The translations under genes and the position numbers were made by a program. This document shows, in pieces, positions 13,328 through 64,000 of a DNA stretch of 64,000 nucleotides; within the stretch, counting starts at the first letter, position 1, and each line of letters starts with the position of its first letter. Source of the DNA: Diadema antillarum. Its lineage: Eukaryota. The notes beneath the pieces were generated by a model. The model did no database searches, was not told the origin of the DNA, and was given only the letters and a program-made list of their open reading frames with translations. Location: positions 62,001 through 126,000 of the forward strand of contig NW_027272921.1 in NCBI RefSeq assembly GCF_040938485.1, given 5' to 3'.

Positions 13328-13460
13328 GGGGGCATTTCACAAAGCATTCTGATATTTTTCTGACACACTGTTACAAGCTACAGAAATCCTTGCATCTGAT
13401 TGCCTGAGAGCAAATTTGTCCGACAGCTTTGTCGCACAAAATGCTTCCTGAAATGCCCCC
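13328..13460. mobile_element. Short MITE (PIF/Harbinger-like ends)
   Basis: Perfect 12-bp TIR GGGGGCATTTCA / TGAAATGCCCCC; similar architecture at 29468..29641. Confidence 0.55.
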
Positions 13461-15785
13461 AGGATTAGACAGGCAGGCAAAGCTCAAGTATGGAAGCCAG
13501 TCTACTGTACTTAACCATATGCAACTTTGTACATGTGGGACTTATTGCAATGAAACGATCATTCATTTTTTGGCTGCCTAAGGACCTCATCAATTACCTC
13601 GTCATTTTCTGGCTATGCAGACATTTTTTCATAAAATTACGTAAATGCTTTCACCAATCTTAAAGCATACTTGATCATTCTAACTAACTTTATGGCCGAT
13701 GTAATTAGTTTTTTCAAACAAAACAGCAGGATTCCTCTTCAAAATACCTTCAGAAAATCACCGTTGTCACAATCCAGCTTCTCACGTGGGAAATGAGACA
13801 ATGGACTGTACTTACATACAACGTACATCCGGTCATCTCCCTATTGCGATGAATAGTATCGCTCATTATGTCATCGCTAGGTTTCCTACTTTTGAGACAG
13901 TTTTTCCAATTGATCAGTAGTTTTAGCCTAAGAAAGCAGCGGAGTTAAATAACCAATAGCAATGAGTTTTATATAGTCATGTAGATTACAGCCCGCACTA
14001 TCCAATATACTTTGCCCCAAGTTGATACAATATATCGTTCTGGTTTGATCGATGTTGATAACCAGCGAGTACGTACGAAGTCGTGGAAATTTCTTCATTT
14101 TCCATGGACTTTTCACAAGAAGTGAAAATGCCTAACCAAATTAAAACTTGAAAAGCAGTGAAGATAAATACTCTCTGGAAAAATTCTTTACATGAAAAGA
14201 AAGAAAATTTTGTGTACTTTTCAAATCGCTTTGCCCCCTTCCGTGCCCTCAACAAGAAATATGACATATTTCAACGTATCGCATCAGTATACAAATTTTG
14301 ATGCCAGAAATTACACGTATAGATAATCCGTGCGTGTGTGCGCACTGCTCGCATACTCCTTATGTCCACAAAGTTTCGCAATGACAATATACCATGTATA
14401 TCTTAGTAGGCTACAATTGCAACACAGCTGGACCACTACAGAAGGCTGGAAAGAAAAAAGTGTATCAACCTTTACAAATCGTAGTTTACAATATTCACTG
14501 GCACATAGGATACAGAGCTATTTACGAGAACACGGCAATGGTCAAGCACATCTACTTCAAAGTGGACGATGGCCCTCTCTATACTTAATGGAAAAAGAGG
14601 GGGAGGGGAGGGGGAGGAGGTTGGGGAGACAGAGGGTGGGGTAAGACAGCTGGTTCTATAGCTACATAGGAATTTCGTGTCACCATCACCAAGTATTATC
14701 ACGTTGTGGGTGTGTGCACACACGTGTAATTCTTCCCTAGCCTACATTTCACCTTCCTCTTCTATGCATCAATCTCTTTTTTCTTCTATTCTTTTTTGTC
14801 ACAATTCTCTTGCTTGGCTATCGTTTCCCCACACCCGTAGCTTGCAGACAACCATGACTAATTCCCCCAATTTGTCAAAGGGCTGCCAGTGGAAGCCGGC
14901 GTGACAAAGAGAATAATGGTGTTGACACAGGGAAAGAGGCTGTTGAGATCGGGATTAATTGAGGAAATTGTGGATGGTGAATGCGGCGGCAAACGCTCTT
15001 TAGCGCCACGACAGCATGCGTCAACGTGCCGGCGCCCGTGACTCTCGAGACATTTCATGAAACTTTCATACATCTCAACCTTTGAAGGAATGTGCAACAG
15101 CTTGACGAAGCATGACGTAAAGTTTGAAAATGTAAGACATTGGAAACAAAAACAAAGAACACAACATGACAACAATAAAAACAAACCCATGAAACATTGA
15201 AGGGGGTGCGCAAAGATACAGTATAAGAATAATATAACTGCTTTTAAATCCTGAACTCAAGATGGCATTGTCTTCATGCACATTCTAAATACCTGCAAAT
15301 TAGTTGGAAATGTTGATTGTGTGTTAGAGGATTAATTCAAAATGTATATATTTTCTAGGATGTGTCATTCATGTAGATGGAGTGGTAACTGTTCGTAATC
15401 CAAGCAAACATGTGCTTGGGTTCTGAAGCACTAAACTGAGATGTCTAACGTTCCTCTACGCTTTAAAGCCATGCTCGGCATCACTCTATCTCTAAGATAA
15501 AATATTGAGACCATTTCATCAAATTACAAGCTGTAATGTATTCAACATTTTCAACATTTTGAATGAAATGCTCTAATTCAAAGCACACATATTCATTGTT
15601 GCCGGCACATTGAAATAGAAAGTGAATTGCAGCAGGGGGAGGTCTTTGCTGTTGTAAGAGTGCTCATCCTGATAACTGATGCTCTCTTTTGTCAAAGCAC
15701 CAGGCTACCACTTGCAGTTAAGCGCATGACTTCTCAACAGTGCTGCACATACCTTCACATGATGTCACAAAATGTGGTAGTCTTT

Positions 15786-16113
15786 CAGGGTTCATACTCT
15801 TTCTCATTCATTAAATTCCATGACTTTCCATGACCTTTCTAGCCAGAATTCCATGACTTTTCCATGACTATTATACATTTTTATTTTTTTTTTACATGTT
15901 AGACTGAAAATTTGATCTCAAATCAAAGCGAAGCAAAGGACATTGATTATACACATCTCACACAAACAACAGATAAACTTCTAAAATTTGCAATTCCATG
16001 ACTTTCCATGACCTTTTCATGAAAATATCAGTTTTCCATGCCTTTCAGGGCCTGGAAAAGACTAAGCCAAATTCCATGACTTTCAAGGCTTTCCATGACC
16101 TGTATGAACCCTG
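15786..16113. mobile_element. CAGGG-ended MITE with internal TTCCATGAC array
   Basis: Perfect TIR CAGGGTTCATAC / GTATGAACCCTG, flanked by TCTTT on both sides; 8 perfect TTCCATGAC copies plus one variant. Confidence 0.7.
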
Positions 16114-16541
16114 TCTTTTCTCACCCAGCGATGGCAGCACTACAACTTTTACAAATTCATAACTTTTCAACAGATTGTTTTAACTTTCCTCAAACTTTCA
16201 GTGATAAGTTTTACCAAGAATATTGCTGCATTCTATCAATCCACGTTTTGTTTTTCCATCCCCTTTAGTACAAACATCGTGGGGTCAACATTACAGCAAC
16301 CACACATTATGTCTCAAATGATATAAAAGAAAATAAAGCTATACATTCCTCCAGACAAGATGAAGTAATAAACATACACAGGTGCATACATCTTAAGATT
16401 TACTTTCTTTGTGTGCGGGAAAAACAAACAAACAAACAAACTATATAGTTACTGTTCATCCATATATCAGACACCCAGTACGCAGTATTTGGTGATACAC
16501 CAATATGAAAGGAAAGAAAGCATGAACTCCTTTCTACTCAC

Positions 16542-62140
<45,599 letters not shown>

Positions 62141-62241
62141 CTGAGTGAAGGCAAGACCCATCAGAATACACCAAATTAAAAGACTCCCACCTATAGTACT
62201 CTTATTCTAAAAAATTCCCTTACTCTGATTCTAAAAAAATT

Positions 62242-62301
62242 GTTTCGGACAGTTGACTGTCCGTCCTCACTCCTGAGGATGGACAGTCAACTGTCCGAAA
62301 C
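62242..62301. repeat. Near-perfect 28-bp hairpin
   Basis: Arms 62242-62269 and 62274-62301, one mismatch, 4-nt loop. Confidence 0.9.
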
Positions 62302-64000
62302 CTCTCTCCTTGCTTCTTACTCTTCTCTGGTTCACAGTCCTTTTCAGGACTATCACATCCTCAAGAAAGAATACTTCTACTCTCGCTCATTCTCTTCCTC
62401 ACTTCCTCTCCTATCATTTCCTATATCCTCTCCTTCCAGCGGTCCTTTTCAGGACTAACACATGGTGAACCGCAAACCCAGTTCATGTTATGTACGTGTA
62501 TACCACCATGCAAACTTCTTCCTTCATATGCCAATTCTGTTATAAAAACCCTTATTTTTGTACCTGTTTACATCATGCTGGTGCTGTGAAGAACTGCAAT
62601 TCTTGGCTGATATTGTATGTTATGTCATAAACAATGCACATTCAGCAATGCCAATATAGCACTAAACAGTACAACTTGCTATTAGAGCTAATGCAGCTGC
62701 CATCTACAATGTGTATGTACGTAGCTACTCAAGATTTACATGACATTCTGTATTACAGCCAACTGCAAAATACACAATACTACACTACTTTGTGACAATG
62801 AGTAATTTGTTGAAGTCAAGTAGCTACACATTAGTCATGTTAGATGAAGACAGGTACAAAGTATGCACTACACTACAATCTATAGCTGTAGCTGGTTGCA
62901 ATGATACAAAGTTACACACAATGGACACACCAAGACACACAGAGTTGGATATGAGGTCACGATGCTTCAAGTCATGTACATCACTATTTTGCTTCTTGTG
63001 TAATGTATTTTGTTCATTTTGTATCTGTCTGAATTCTCAGGTATCATCAACAAGATTTGGAAAATGAAAGTCACACAAAGTTCAATGTATTTGGTCAAGC
63101 TGGCAAAATCTGGGCCTGCTTTTCAATCGCAGCTTGAGGAGGAATGTCTCAGTAGCTTAGCTATATGAAGAGTTTCAATAAGCGTTTTAGGTTTTGCACC
63201 TGCACATACAGTCATACTGCATATATGCACAGGTTACAACTCGTTTTGCTGAAATAACTAAATTTCTGTCTTTGTTGACGAGCTTTGAATATGCCACCAA
63301 CATACAAGGCAAAGCAACTGGTGAAATGTACACTGAGCAGTCCTTATGGAATTCACCCTGGCTAGACAAATGACCAAATCCAACAGGGAGTCAAATACAA
63401 TACAAGGAAACTGTACAAGATGAGTGACAAGAGGGATCCAATTTACTGATTCAGAATATACATGCAGATATTTATATTTTTCATCAAAGAGACAGTGTAT
63501 TTCTCCCTTGGTGTTCATTCATAACTGGTGTTTTCTCTCAACTTGACACAAAGCAATTAGTGTCATGACATGAAGTACACAAAGACCCAGAGACAAGCTA
63601 CAATGTACAAAATACCGAGATGAAGAATGAGTGAGAAATAAAGAGCTATAGTGAGTGACACACCAGCATTAAAGGTAAAACATAGTCTCCATACGCCTAC
63701 AGAAACAGTTGATTTTTGCTTTAAAATGGACACACTAAATGATATAATGCTGTGATTAACACAATGTCAGTTGGGTAACCAGAAAAATGTGAAATATTGG
63801 CCAAAAGGGTAGGCTGACAGTATTGCAATTTGTGAACATATCCGATCGCAGCTGCTACGTAATGAATCATTTATCGACAATGGACAAATTGGGTCTTAGT
63901 ATACGCCATCAATCTTCTAAATGAGAGTGAACTGCATGTAGCCTTTTGGGAAATACAATTCCTAAGGTATACTCGATCATCACATAGCACTCTACCAGCC

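Noticed and set aside
14330-15190. Several 60-110 aa ORFs
   Set aside because: No family similarity and not AAA5 sequence; kept only as a weak non-coding transcript candidate.
62302-64000. Search for a further upstream dynein exon
   Set aside because: No open, GC-rich, dynein-like segment with splice sites; the next exon is presumed beyond the window.

Overview
Eukaryotic (animal) genomic DNA with AT-rich introns, GC-rich exons and GT-AG splicing. A marine invertebrate deuterostome such as an echinoderm is my inference, not something the sequence proves. The window is dominated by a minus-strand axonemal inner-arm dynein heavy chain gene, a DNAH7 orthologue by recalled sequence similarity. 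I traced 42 exons by hand (62140 down to 16542; 7152 nt, 2384 codons, one continuous frame) covering the distal tail, linker, AAA1-AAA4 and stalk/MTBD. The 5' part of the gene lies beyond the right edge. The AAA5-AAA6-C-terminal third is not found in the 16.5 kb left of the last exon. That stretch instead holds a class A GPCR with an uninterrupted CDS on the + strand (4874..5911) and an unusual CRA in place of DRY. The introns carry many non-autonomous DNA transposons (two piggyBac-type, two Kolobok-type, TA-flanked MITEs, an ATAT-flanked family, Helentron/HINE-like), a LINE 3' remnant and microsatellites. The most notable unexplained signals are: the abrupt end of the dynein exon chain; a CpG-rich intronic island bounded by two divergent perfect GTAAGT donors (candidate bidirectional promoter); a 465-nt AG-free zone before one acceptor; near-perfect hairpins; RFX X-boxes; and inverted MITE pairs bracketing in-frame exon blocks. 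No prokaryotic features, tRNA/rRNA genes or CRISPR arrays were seen.
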